Assembly: GCA_964187785.1 (NCBI GenBank)
Contig: OZ076421.1
Location: 47,306,001 to 47,370,000, forward strand
Origin: Amphiscolops sp. MND2022
Lineage: Eukaryota
Reading direction: 5' to 3'
Length of the DNA stretch: 64,000 bases
The translations under genes were made by a program, and so were the position numbers. The notes below the pieces were generated by a model that ran no database searches, was not told the origin of the DNA, and saw nothing but the letters and a program-made list of their open reading frames with translations. Shown in pieces: positions 1 to 12,599 of this stretch (its first letter is position 1; every line of letters starts with the position of its first letter).

Positions 1-262
1 TTTATGTTTGCGAAACAGAATAAGTGCAAAGTCAAAGATGCAGTAATTGCTTCACTCACTTCCGAAACTTATTCAAAGTAACGCAAGCTAAAATTTTCAT
101 TGAAATTAGTTGCGAATCACCTATTGAAGGTTCTCGATTAGTGGTTTTTGCAAGTGCCTTTCCTGGACAAATCAGATATAGAAATTGTCCGCAAGTTGTC
201 AACCAGGCCGTCGTAAAGCTTGGTTGGTAAGTAGTTTGCTAGTTTACCTTGCAGACGCAAAA
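1..262 (+). repeat. 3' end of the 5' LTR of the BEL/Pao element
   Basis: Aligns to 7803-8060 with a few substitutions and a 4-bp indel; followed by TTTGGTGCCG. Confidence 0.9.
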
Positions 263-265
263 CTT

Positions 266-283
266 TGGTGCCGCGACCCGGGA
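266..283 (+). promoter_or_regulatory. Primer binding site, tRNA-His-like
   Basis: TGGTGCCGCGACCCGGGA directly after the LTR; resembles the complement of the tRNA-His 3' end (TGGTGCCGTGACTCGGAT). Confidence 0.7.
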
Positions 284-359
284 AGGCACTCTGCAAATTT
301 AACCCATTTGAGCTTTGTGAAATTTGCCTATCTGACCGCTGTGAAAAAAGCAAAAGACA

Positions 360-3300
360 ATGGCTGAAGGTGGGCTTTATGATCCTCAATTCATGACCGT
401 GTCAAAAAATGGAACTGAAAGAAAAGTCCCATTTTCGGATTCGTCAAAAAACTCATCCACATTGAGCGACTGGATCAATCATGAAAAACGGGTAGTTGAC
501 ATTGTCTCGACCATTCGAAATATGGAACATGACTTGCGAAATATCAAATCAAACAATCCAATTCTTTGGATCGATAAGGGCAATTTTTGTTTAAAGTTTT
601 GGGCGTCTAAGGATGAAATGAAGAAAGAATTCGAACTGTATCTTCCAATGTTGAAAGAAAAGAACCAAAGTAGTCGCAGAACGGCTCTTAGAAAACTAAA
701 TTTGGAATTCGAAGAACGATTCACAGAATGGTGTAAACACCTCAGAAATCTTGGATTTATCGAAAGCCTTCCCCAGAAGTTAAAAGATGAAGGAGACTTG
801 CTGAAGTTTTGTAAGTCCATGGATCAATTTTCCGAAATGACACGAAACTTGTCCAGTGAATTAGATACCAATAACAACTTGATGAAACAAGAAGAAAGGT
901 CAAGTAAAGTGAAGTCATCTATACAAAAACTCCAAGAATTCAAAAGTAAGCTGGATAAGGTTTACGAAAGTGTTTGTAGCCAGCTAAAAACGGAATCAAT
1001 TGGAGAGTTGTCAATGTTTGAAAAGGAAATTAGAGAATTCAGTGTGAAAATACAACAAGCGACGACAGATTCATTGAACTATGTCGATCGTTTGAATGAA
1101 GTAAAAGATCATTGGAACCAACCAATAACTTCAGATGGGTTGGGGGAAACTACCTCCATGAAAGACATTCCAGTGACATCGACTGGTGATGAAGGTAGTC
1201 AAACTCGGAATTTGCGCCAAAGTGCAAACGATACACTAGAAAAGAGTCTGAAATTGCTAAGAGATGTTAACCAATCCACAGCGTTTGATAAGAGTGAAAA
1301 CCGTACAGAAGTTGCTCCTCGTCAAACAGGATCAGCGACTTCGAGTACAGTGAAGCGACGTTCATTAGTGGACTTCTCACCGTCAAGAACTTTGCCGAAA
1401 AGTGATATCTGCAAACCGTTGGGCTCAAGAGTGGGTTCCGAGTTGTCAAGGGTTAGTGAACTACGACGCTTAGAGATGCATGCTAAAGTGCTAGAACAAA
1501 AGTCTCAGTTAGAAATTGAGAAAAGGTAGCGAGAATTGAAACTGGAGAAAACGAAAATGCAAATGGAGATGCATCAGAAGCTCCTAGATCTACAAGCGGA
1601 AGCTGAAATTGCTGAAATGGAAAGCAGAAAAGCGTTTGAGCAGCACGAAATGAGACTGCAAATAGAAGAAGCTGGAGGGTCAGTTCGTGCTGTGTCGATT
1701 TGTCCCAGCTTGATGTCTCTCAGCCTTGGAGAAGACAAAAACAGTGACATCAGAAGCTGGTTAGAACGAAGTGATGAAAATCTCGGAAAGGGCTTTTCAC
1801 AACCGAAGGAATCTAGTAGAGAGGTAGAAATCAAAAGTGGATCAAGAAGACTACCTCAGAGATTTCCAAAACACTCTCCTCATAGAAATCAATTGCTGAC
1901 TTCGCAACCTCATAGCAGAGGTACCAGTAAGTCACCTCCGAGAAAAAACGCTGCAATCAATTTTCCGAAAACAAAACCTTCACTTCAGCAAGGCAATGAC
2001 GAACCGAAGTCAAAACATGAATTCGCGAATCCCACTTTCAAAGTAGAAAATCCGTTTCCTTCCTTTACCCCTGCAGTACCTTTACAGCAACATGTACATT
2101 TTGTTCAAACAAGTTTACCTAAGTTAAAATTATCTGAATTTCACGGAGATCCATTGGAATGGCCGGAATGGTCCAGCTTGTTTACAGCAACCATCCATAA
2201 TGCACCAATCGATGACAATGCAAAAATGAGTCATTTGAAAACGCTCGTTAAAGGTAAAGCCAAGGCGGCAATTGCTGGTCTTGGGTACTCAGGAATCATG
2301 TATAGTGCTGCATGGAACGCTTTGGTTACCAATTTCGGACGTCCGCAAACAATTGTGAATGCGCAGATGAAGCAAATCCATCTGAGTCCGTTTATCAAGT
2401 CGCATGACTCAGCTGCTATAATAAGTATGCTCAGTTGATCACCACTTGTGTCAATGTATTGAAACAATTTGGTTTCACTGGAGATTTGTACTCAGAATCA
2501 GTCCTCAATTCAGCTTTGAGAAAGTTACCTCCTGAATTGAAAACAAAATGGTTTTTCCTTGCAAAAAGCAAAAGCTACTATAATGCAGATCTTTGCAATT
2601 TTAGCGAGTGGCTAAATGAAGTTGCCTATGTGCATGATGAAATGATGGTGCAATTCAAAACACCATTTGAGAAAAAAGCCACTGGATCAACCGAAAAGGT
2701 TAAGACTTCAATATTTGCTGCCAATGACCAAGGTAAACCAACATCAACTTCTATTAAGCAATGTCCATTAAAAGATGGCGAACATAAACTTTGGATGTGC
2801 AACAAATTCAAACAACAAGCTGTCAGCGAAAGATATGAAACGTTGAAAAAACTGAAACTTTGTTTCTGTTGTCTTAATTCTCACCTGATTAAAGACTGCA
2901 AGTCAGAACGTGTCTGCGGTGTGAATGGTTGCACTAAGAAACACAACAGGCTTCTACACTCTGATGCGCAGAAAATAGATAAAGTCACCAATGACAAGAA
3001 AACAGAAGACTCGGTGCCTCAAAGCAGGGCCGGCAGCTCTTCAATGATGTCGACAGGCAATAACGGTTTCTTACAACTGATTCCTATTTCGATAGGTAAT
3101 GAAAAACGATGCGTTGAAACCATTGCGCTCTGTGATACCGGATCCACTGTTTCGTTTATGGATCAAAGTTTGGTTGATCTTCTCAGGTTGAAAGGTAAAG
3201 AGTCCGTAATGTCCGTTGCTGGCATTCGTGGTTTGTCTGATTTGAAAACGCAAATAGTAACAGCCAAAGTGGGTTCCAGCGAAGCAGAAACGGCTGGAGA

Positions 3301-6300
3301 GACTGTAACGTTCTGCAGTCATCCTAACCTAAATGTTGGTGAAAAAGACTATGACTTCAGAAAACTAAAAGAAGAGTACCAATATTTATCTGATCTGCCT
3401 AATATTAAAGTCTCAATGACTGATGTTAAAGTGATTTTCGGACAGGATGCTTATCATTTGATCAGGCCGCTGGAATACAAATCTGGCGAAAGAAATCAAC
3501 CATGGGCAGTTAAAACAGCACTGGGTTGGACCATTAGCGGAGCCTTGCCAAAAAAGGAAACAAGTAACATATCGGTTTCTTGCAATTTTTCAGTTGCATC
3601 CGACCCACTGGCAAATCAGATGAAAAAATGGTGGGACATGGAGACATACGCGTCAGTGTGTGATGTCTCTGGTCGATCCAAAGAAGAAAATAGAGCACTG
3701 TCAGTTTTAGAAAGAACAACAAAGCATAACGGTGAACATTATGAAGTTGGTTTAATGTGGGCTGATGACAACCCCGATCTGCCTAACAATTATTACTCAG
3801 CATATCAGCAGTTCTTGTCGATGGAAAAAAGGTTGGAGAAAGACCTTGAATTGAAAGAAGCTTACAAAGCTACCATTGAGAAGGACTTGGAAAACCATTT
3901 TGTTCGAAAACTGGATCAGGAAGAAGTTTTCAGTACAGAGAATGATATGCAATGGTACTTACCTCATCACCCAGTGAAACATCCACATAAGCCAGGCAAG
4001 GTCAGAAGGGTTTGTAATGCGGCTTCAAAGTTTAGAGGCGTTTCGCTAAATGACAAACTTCTAAGTGGACCTGATTTATTGCGCAACTTAGTGGGAATTG
4101 TTTTCAGGTTCAGAGAGCACCTGATAGCAATCACTGCTGATATAGAGTCAATGTTTTTACAAGTAGCAGTTCCGAAAGAAGAATGTAGAGTTCTACGTTT
4201 TCTCTGGAGAGATAAACCAGAAGATAACATTGGAATTTTCGAGTATAATAAGCATGTGTTCGGAGCAAAGAGTTCCCCAACGTGTGCCAATCATGGTTTC
4301 CAACAAGGCGGTAGGGATAACAAAAGGGAGTTTCCTGTAGCAGCCGCTACAATAGACAGAAACTTCTATATGGACGACCTAGTCAAGAGTGTTGATACAC
4401 CACAAGAGGCCATTGAATGTTATCAACAGTTAGTGGAAACACTGAAACGCAGTGGCTTTATTCTAAAGAAATTGGCGAGCAATTGCCCTGAAGTGCTTGA
4501 AGTTATCCCCTCGGAAGACCATCTGGAATCTAATGAATTTACATTGAATGCGGATTCATCGCCCATCCTAGGTCTCGAATGGACCATAGATTCGGATAGT
4601 CTTCAAGTCTGCCGAGGACCAAACAAAGAATGTCCACAAGAAGTAACGCAACGAGTGGTACTATCCTTTGTTTCATCTGTATTTGATCCCATGGGAATCT
4701 TCGCACCGTTTACCATGCGAATGAGAATGCTTTTGAAGAGTATTTGGATCCGTTTTGGTCAGTCGTGGGACGAAAATATCAGTGAAGAAGATAAGAGAAT
4801 ATTCTTCGAGTGGGTACAAGAAATGCAGACAATTAAGCAGACATCTCTTTCCCGGAAGTATTTTTCCAATATCCCCAAGAACGTGCAGTTACATGTTTTC
4901 AGTGATGCCTCTTTGGAAGCAATGTGCATTGTTGCATATTTTCGAGGAGAACTCGAAGATGGCATCGAAGTGTCATTTGTGTTGGGCAAATGCAGAATAG
5001 CTCCTATCAAACAGTTGTCTATTCCTCGTCTAGAGCTACAAGCAGCCTTGTATTCTGTGAGGTTGAGAAAGTTGATCATTCAAGAACACGATTTACCTAT
5101 TAATGGTGTAACTCATTGGACAGATTCCGTTACCGTATTGCAATGGTTAAACTCAGCGGACAAAAAGCAGAATGTCTTTGTTGCCAATAGAGCAGCTGAA
5201 ATTCTGGAAAACTCCACCATTGACGAATGGAAACATATCCGAGGCGAGTTGAATCCATCTGACATTGGAACTCGTGGGATAACTATAGAAAAGTTATCTG
5301 AAAGCGACTGGTTAACCGGACCTTCTTGGATGAAAGACCAGCCTGAAGATTGGCCTTTATCTTTGCATCCAAATCACGTGATTTCTGATAATCATGCTGA
5401 AGTTGCAGTAATTGCGAACACAAGTATGACTCAGGAGCCACCTGTTGATTGGAAAAAGTTTAGTAGTTTCTCGAAATGCGTGCGTGTTATCGCGTTTTGT
5501 TTGCGGTTGAAGTATAAAAGTCAATCTAAAGCTTTACTTGTTGAAGAATTGAATCGAGCAGAAGAAAGAGTTTTGAAAATGATTCAGAAAGAATCTTTCC
5601 CGGACCTTTTTGATGAGAAGGAAAGTTTCGGGAAAACTAAAAAAGGCGGAAATCTATCAAAATTTGCACCCTTCTTTGATGAAAAAGGAGTTATCAGAAT
5701 TAGGGGTCGCATCAAACATGCCAACTTGAGCTTCGAACAGCGTCACCCAGTATTGCTATCTACTAAACACGACATGGTAATGACCATGTTGCGAGATCTA
5801 CATTTCGAACACAATCATGAAGGTGTAGAGTATGTGAGAAGTGTTATTCAACAAAAACTTTGGATAATAGGGTTACGAAATGCTTTGAGAAGCGTTAAAA
5901 CTAGTTGTGTATTCTGTCGCAAATTACGTGCACAGAATAAAACCCCGTTCATGGCCGACTTACCCCCAGAGAGACTTGATTATCAGTCATATCTGTTCAC
6001 CAACGTTGGGATGGATTATTTCGGTCCGTTTGAGGTGAAATTATTAAGAAGATCTATGAAACGTTGGTGCTGCTTATTTACATGTTTAACTACCAGAGCA
6101 GTCCATATCGAAGTGGTTCGAAGTCTTGACACAGATTCTTGCTTGGTAGCTATCAACAGATTTATTGCTAGACGCGGCAGGCGACTACTATCATCAGCGA
6201 TAATGATACTAACTTCGTTGGATCAGCAAGAGAGTTGAAGGAGTACATCAACTCATGGAATCAAGATCAAATAACGTCAGAGCTTGCTCAGAAGCACATT

Positions 6301-6945
6301 GTATGGAAGTTTAACCCTCCTGGCGCACCCCATTTTGGTGGTGTATGGGAGAGATTAGTTAGAAGTTGCAAAAAGGCAATGGTGGCTATATTGGGTAATC
6401 GATCTCTTACAGATGAAGTTTTATTGACAACTATGTGCTTAGTGGAACAAACATTAAATGCGCGTCCTATTACTCCAGCAAGCGATGATCCTGAAGATCT
6501 TGAAGCACTTACACCGAACCATTTTATTATTGGTCGAGCGAATGTTTGCATTCCCTTTATTCCAAACGCAGAGGTTTATGCTAACCATAGAAAGATGTTT
6601 AGATCAAGCCAAGCTTATGCAGACATGATTTGGAACCGATGGGTGAAAGAATACCTTCCTCAGAACAATGTAAGAGCACAATGGAACAAGTCAGAGCCAA
6701 ATATTCAAGTTGGAGATCTTGTTTGGCTCATAGACGACAATGTTAGAAGGTGTCACTACAAGATGGCGCGAGTCATGGAAGTATTCCCTGGAAAAGATGG
6801 TATTGTGAGATCAGCACTAATCAAAACTGTCGATGGAACCCTGAAACGACCTGTGGTTAAACTGGCGCCACTTTTTGAAAAGCGTTTTCGAGCTGAAAAC
6901 GGGGCCGGCATTGTTGGCGCCTCAAAAGTTGTTCCGAAAAATTGA
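360..6945 (+). pseudogene. BEL/Pao gag-pol polyprotein, interrupted
   Basis: ORFs 360-1529, 1536-2438, 2435-6238 and 6235-6945 form one polyprotein broken by an in-frame TAG (1527-1529) and frameshifts near 2425 (AAIIKYAQLITT restored) and near 6185 (TIISDNxTNFVG restored). Confidence 0.92.
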
Positions 6946-8062
6946 AGGAAAAATAAGTCGAGTTAGCCAATTTCAAAATGCTGTAAAAATGTGTAGAATT
7001 GAATTTGAGTGCTAGTTTTCGCCCAATCGACATATTTTGACCCAAATGAGAGATTTAAACTATAAAATCGAAAATCGAAGCCAAAAAATTTGCAATTCCC
7101 CTCTTACGTCCCATTTTGGATTCCTTTTTCAGAGTCAGTGTATATTTGGATTTTATTCTTTGTTTATCGTATTTAACTTGATATGAACTCCATATTTGGG
7201 CTACGTGGGTGTCTCTAGGACCATGAGGACTATTTGTCAACTTCACTGAGTATTTCACAGCAAATAACATGTGTAAATGTATGCCTTAATCTTGCTTAAA
7301 TGTATGCCTTTTATACATACTTTTACATATTTTGGTGTATACCTCTAGCCCAGTTAAATAGTTTGTTTCTGCTTATTCTATATATCAAGGCGCTTGTATG
7401 GTGATGGTAAATTTAACCACAAACATCCGCCATTTGGTATTTCCTGTATGATAAAGTAACCAGAGTTAACTCCTACTAAGACACACAGCAACCAAGTAGA
7501 GATTCAAATCAGTCGACTTTGCTACTCAAGTATTGAAGAAAGTGAAAGCTTGGAAGTTTCTCGTACAATTAATTCAGTTAACTCTGGCTATTGAAGAGCT
7601 TTTTGGAGTTGAACGAGTGATATTACATTGTTTCGAAATTCCAACGTCAATTTATTATATTGCATACAGTTGCGATATTTTTGCTTGAGAAAGTTATCGT
7701 GGACACAAGGATTGGGACCGATCAATTGGTTTAGCAGATCAACAGAAGCTACTCTTCATCAGGACAGCTAAGTTGATTCCTATAGTCACAGTTTAAAGCT
7801 ACTTTATGTTTGCGAAACAGAATAAGTGCAAATTCAAAGATGCAGTAATTGCTTCACCGACTTCCGAAACTTATTCAAAGTAACGCAAGCTAAAATTTTC
7901 ATTGAAATTAGTTGCGAATCACCTATTGAAGGTTCTTGATTAGTGGTTTTTGCAAGTGCCTTTCCTGGACAAATCAGATATAGAAATTATTCGCAAGTTG
8001 TCAACCAGGCCGTCGTAAAGCTTGGTAAGTAGTTTGCTAGTTTACCTTGCAGACGCAAAAGC
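6912..8062 (+). repeat. 3' LTR of the BEL/Pao element (~1.15 kb)
   Basis: Starts TGTTGGCG after the purine-rich GAAAACGGGGCCGGCA; its 3' part matches 1-262; exact right end uncertain by a few bases. Confidence 0.85.
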
Positions 8063-9170
8063 ATCAAAGCTTCTTAACACTGCTGGTACGGCACACGACA
8101 GCAAAATAATTTTTGAAAAAAATTGGGAAAATTCTATGGGTAGAAAAAAGTTTCGAGGTATCTCATTTTTCCACAGACGAAGTTTACAAAATGAGAACAG
8201 GCTATAATGCGTGTAGAAAAGCTTGATTTTTACTAACGGAACTTTCGAATGTTAACTACTAGCAGGTGAAGCATGAAAAAAGGAACGCAAAAAACTTTGG
8301 ACACTCTAAAATCGAGAATATGTCATCAATTATTCTAAAACAACTTTGAACACTTCAAGTCAGCTTATCAATCATACAAATTGGCAGTTTTTCTTCGAGC
8401 GAATTAATTTTCACAGAGCGAAAGCGAGAGCTGTCTAGACTTTTTCGAAGGTTCGAACCATCCTGATTCACAAAAGCTCCATTCTAAGTTATTGGCAGAA
8501 AATTTGATAATTTTCAGCCCTTGTTTCCTGGAATACAATTTTGGAGACCGAAATTTTTCTGCCGGTGACACAAAAAACTGTTCTCGCAACTTTAACAGCG
8601 CAAACATTTGTCAACAATATGTCAAAAATTTCCTAAGCTTCATTTTCTCGCCTGTCATTCATTTAGAGCGACATGAATTTCGAGGACATGAATACATAAA
8701 TTTGGCTAATACCTTGAAAAGAAATGAAAAACTCTCCGAGATTAATATTGTTTTTCCATTTCTGAATTTTGACTGTTGAAAATGCATTTAGCCCTATATG
8801 ATTGACAGCTCAGACTCACTACGTTACGAGAGACATTTTAATAATTTTTTTGTTTACGGATAATTTTTTTGATCCGAGCGAAAGATTCGTTGAAATGCAT
8901 CTGTTTTAATACCTACACAAACAATCGTAGAATACCCAAGAAAAACATAAACCGATCAAAAATCGATATTTTTGGCGGTTGATTGAGCATTTTGTGTCAT
9001 TCAAAAAAATTAATTAACATTTTCTTAGCTAAAAATACTGGAAAGACAATTAATGTTCATTTTTCACACCCACCAAAAAGCTCAAAGAGTCTACTGAAAT
9101 ATGTCGCAGTTAACATTAGCAAAAATAGATCTTTATGAACATTTCGGGCCTTTTACAGTTTTCGGGCCTT

Positions 9171-9540
9171 TCAGCAATAATCCCGACTATTACAGTGACT
9201 ATTTTTTTTTCGTCAGACAACAGAAAGTAGTGGACACTTTTTACAGAACTACTAAACTACTGGACTGTCAACCGGAGTGCACAGGGTCCCCCCTTTCGTT
9301 TACTCCATTTTTAATGTAATTTACAAAACCGGACGAGACTATAGGGTCCCTTTTTTGGCACTGTGCAACTTTTTTTCGAAACTTATTTTATCTCCAAAGG
9401 GTCCCCTTTCAACTTAATTGATATTTTCCAACAAACTGTATTTTCAAAAAGACCAAATGGTCCCCTTCCTAACAATTTGAAAAACTTTGCGCTTTTTGAG
9501 CTTCAGATATAGCGCCGAATTTGGCCGTTCAAGGCTTGTT
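9171..9540 (+). mobile_element. Unclassified non-autonomous dispersed repeat, copy 1
   Basis: Shares the 5' motif ATCCCGACTxTTACAGTG, internal AAGGGTCCCC motifs and a 3' end AGATATRGCGCCGAxTTxGGCCGTTCxxGGCTTGTT with copies at 14.2, 16.0, 25.0 and 41.1 kb. Confidence 0.65.
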
Positions 9541-12341
9541 CATCCATAAACTTCACAATGTTGGTCGTTGGTCGTAGGGACTACCCTTGTTGAACTTGCT
9601 TGAACTTTTTATATAGTCTTTAAAATTGCCAGCAACTTTTTCGATGATTTTCTAAATATCTTACGGAAATTTTAATGCGTTATTATTTCCCTGTTGTCAT
9701 CAACTTTTATCAAGCTGCTTGAAAGAATCATTAAAGTTTTGGCGGCAATTTCAAGCCGTGAAGTTCTGCAAGTTTTATTATGCATCAGTTCTAATTTTAA
9801 ATGCACATGAGACGTTAACAACTTTGCCGCCATTCCAATGCAAATTAACTTCAATCACAATGTAAACAACAAACTAGCGTCTTCTTCAGAGTCCTGTTTG
9901 AGAAGCGGTGATTAAATCGGATGAGTAGTTGAGAAATTAATGTATGAATACAACGTGACCATGTCCGTAAAGGATGATTTACCAATGGATGCATACTGAA
10001 TTTTCTAGGTTTTATAAAAAAAATTACCCGGCATGCAGGCCTGCAGCATATAAAGAGTTCAAACAGTCTCAACTAGGGTACTGATTCTTTCGTCGTTGAG
10101 CTCTTCGTTTTTGATTGTTTCAAAATTTCCAAAAATTTCCAATATTGACTAAAGTTTTAAAAATGTATCTTCTAACATTGTTGTCTGAAATTCTTCCCGG
10201 ATTTCTGGTCAGCAAAGCATTCTGGATGGCTGGTCCTTTCTTACTGAAACACTTTGGACAATCTAACCCAGATATTTAATCGAAAATTGTTCATTAAATG
10301 CATCAAAGTTTGAAGTTCGTAAATATTTTGGAAATTTTAAATTTTTTTCTGGTGTCATTTTTTTCGTCATTTTGGTCATAACAAAAAAGTCCAAAGACCT
10401 CTACATATACCTTTTGCATGAAACTAAATTTATGTCGACGCTGCAGTTTTTCCTTGAGATAACCACTGCACAATCTACTGGTGTCGCCTCATGATTCTTA
10501 GCGCACAGCGAATGCGTAGAGAGTGAACCGATTACCTGAAACGGTATTACTCTGAAACAGACAAACTCTTCGCCTGGTGCTGCTCTTAACTGACTATGTT
10601 TTGTACTTCTTTTTTCCAGTTTCGCGGCCAAAGTGAATGGGAGCTACTATGCGTATAAACGCGTCTGCCAGTATTTGCATCAATGAGCGGGATGATTGAA
10701 CGCTATTATTTCAACTTTTCACTCTTCTTTCCGTCTTTAGTCACAAGTTTAGGGTCACCTATCTTACGGTGGCTTCTTGATCAGACGCCCACAAATTTTA
10801 ATAATTTCCGCCCACAAATAATGGGGAGGAAATCATAATCTGTGTTGGTTTGTTTTCCAAATTTTGCACGATCTCCATCCACTTCACTTAGTTACTTGAC
10901 TAGTTAAGTTACTCGACTGTTTTAGTTACTAGTATTTAGAGTTAGTTACCGGGTATTGCCGCCTTCAATTGGCTAACTATAGACACTTAATCGAAAATTT
11001 ACCTCCTCCTTGGTAAAACGCAATGTCAAATACTAGTAACTGATATAGTCAAGTCACTTAGTTACTTGAATATTTTAGTTGCCTGACTATTTTAGCTTAG
11101 TGGATGGAGATCGTGAAGATTTGGCAGAGTTTGGAAAAAACGCAACACAGATTATGATTTTCCTCCTCATTACATGCGGGCGGAGAATAACAAGACGCCC
11201 GCTAATCACGGGATATTTTCCGTCAAAAATTTCAGGGTCAAGCTCGGGTTCGAACCCATGAGCCCTTGTCTGCCAGGTCACAACCGCTTTTTGGTGACTT
11301 ATGCTAAAGGCGTATTTCGGGCAAAATTATCAGTGCCGAAAGCATGCAGAAAGATCGTTTAGGTTCAGGTGTTTTTGTAACTCAAGGCACTAAATCGCAA
11401 AGGGGACACTTTCTTCGGACTGAACTGTGCAGATTCTTTGGAGTTACAAAATAACAACACATATCTACTAAAAATTACAAAAAGACCTTTCAGCGTCAAA
11501 ATATGGAAAAACTACTAACTGAAATCAAAATTGCGATTTTAATATTTTTTTGTTTTATATTGTTTTTTTTCGGAATATACATGTTATTTTGTTTTTTATT
11601 GATTCTTTTTAAAAAAATAAAATCAAAAAACAGTCAAATTTTTTTTTATTTTTATATATATTATTACAAACTGCGCCCCTGATCAACCGTCGTTCAACCC
11701 AGAAGGTGCTAGTGTCCAAATACATGCAGTCATCAGTGTTTCAATACTCTCAAAAACTCTGATGAGAAATGGATGGAAGTTAAAGGTTTTAAGGTCATTG
11801 CCCCTAAGGCTAGACGGCCCTGACCACGTTCATCGAAAAATCGTCACACATGGTTTCACTCATCATAATTGCATCGAAATGCTTGAGAATGCTCATTAGT
11901 TCAGCCATTATGTATCCCGTGCAGTGAGCGGATCAAGCTTTCTTTCACCAAGTATGTAAATCCGATGCTATACGCCAGCCTGCGGCTGAAGTTGATGAGT
12001 TTAAACGAAACGATAATCAACACTTCACCATACGAGCCAATGGTGAAGTGAGAGGTATAATATTTGCGTCCTGTCACCTGAAGTGACAGACCTGAAGGTG
12101 ATGCAACCGAAAATTCGGAAAAGTATTCCTTAATTCGATTTGCTTTAGTACAAAACAGTGACCTGCTTCCTACTAAAATTCTACTCTTGCTCACTCCTCA
12201 ACTCCAGTACAATTATTAAATTCTTCAACCGTTTTCTTCTCATTCTATGAATGTGACTTCTCTTCGTAAGGTCCGTAGTGGTTAAATCATCGTAATTTAA
12301 TACTCTGAACTGAACCTAACTCATCTAGAACTCATCTCAGT

Positions 12342-12570
12342 ATGGAAATCGAACAGAATAACGTCATGAATGCTGATTCCGACTACAATTCATCTGAATA
12401 TCATCATAACGATCAAAATACAGCTTCTCAGATAGAAGTAACTCGTCAAATCGTGCAATTGCAAAATGAAATGAATGAGATCAACACTTTACTGACCACA
12501 CTAACTAAGCAAGTAATCTCTCTATTATAGGAAGGTAACGCTGTAAGAACTTCAACTTCTCGCCCCTAGA
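12342..12570 (+). pseudogene. Gag N-terminus-like fragment (LTR-encoded type)
   Basis: RQIVQLQNEMNEINTLLTTLTKQVIS..EGN parallels QRFSSMNRQINELTGLVLALTEKLSS..EGN of element A gag. Confidence 0.45.
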
Positions 12571-12599
12571 GCGTGTCGGTACTCTTCGAGGATTTGCGC

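Larger units (their letters stand above)
1..8062 (+). mobile_element. BEL/Pao LTR retrotransposon, decayed; 5' LTR truncated by the window edge
   Basis: Positions 1-262 repeat at 7803-8060 (about 97% identical by eye). PBS follows the 5' copy. Polyprotein has Cys-rich gag (CFCCLNSHLIKDC, CGVNGCTKKHNRLLH), protease ALCDTGS, RT YMDD, Pao RNase H LHVFSDAS, then integrase. Confidence 0.95.

Noticed and set aside
1527-1529. In-frame TAG in BEL gag as programmed read-through
   Set aside because: The element has two other frameshifts and no recognisable read-through context; simple decay is more likely.
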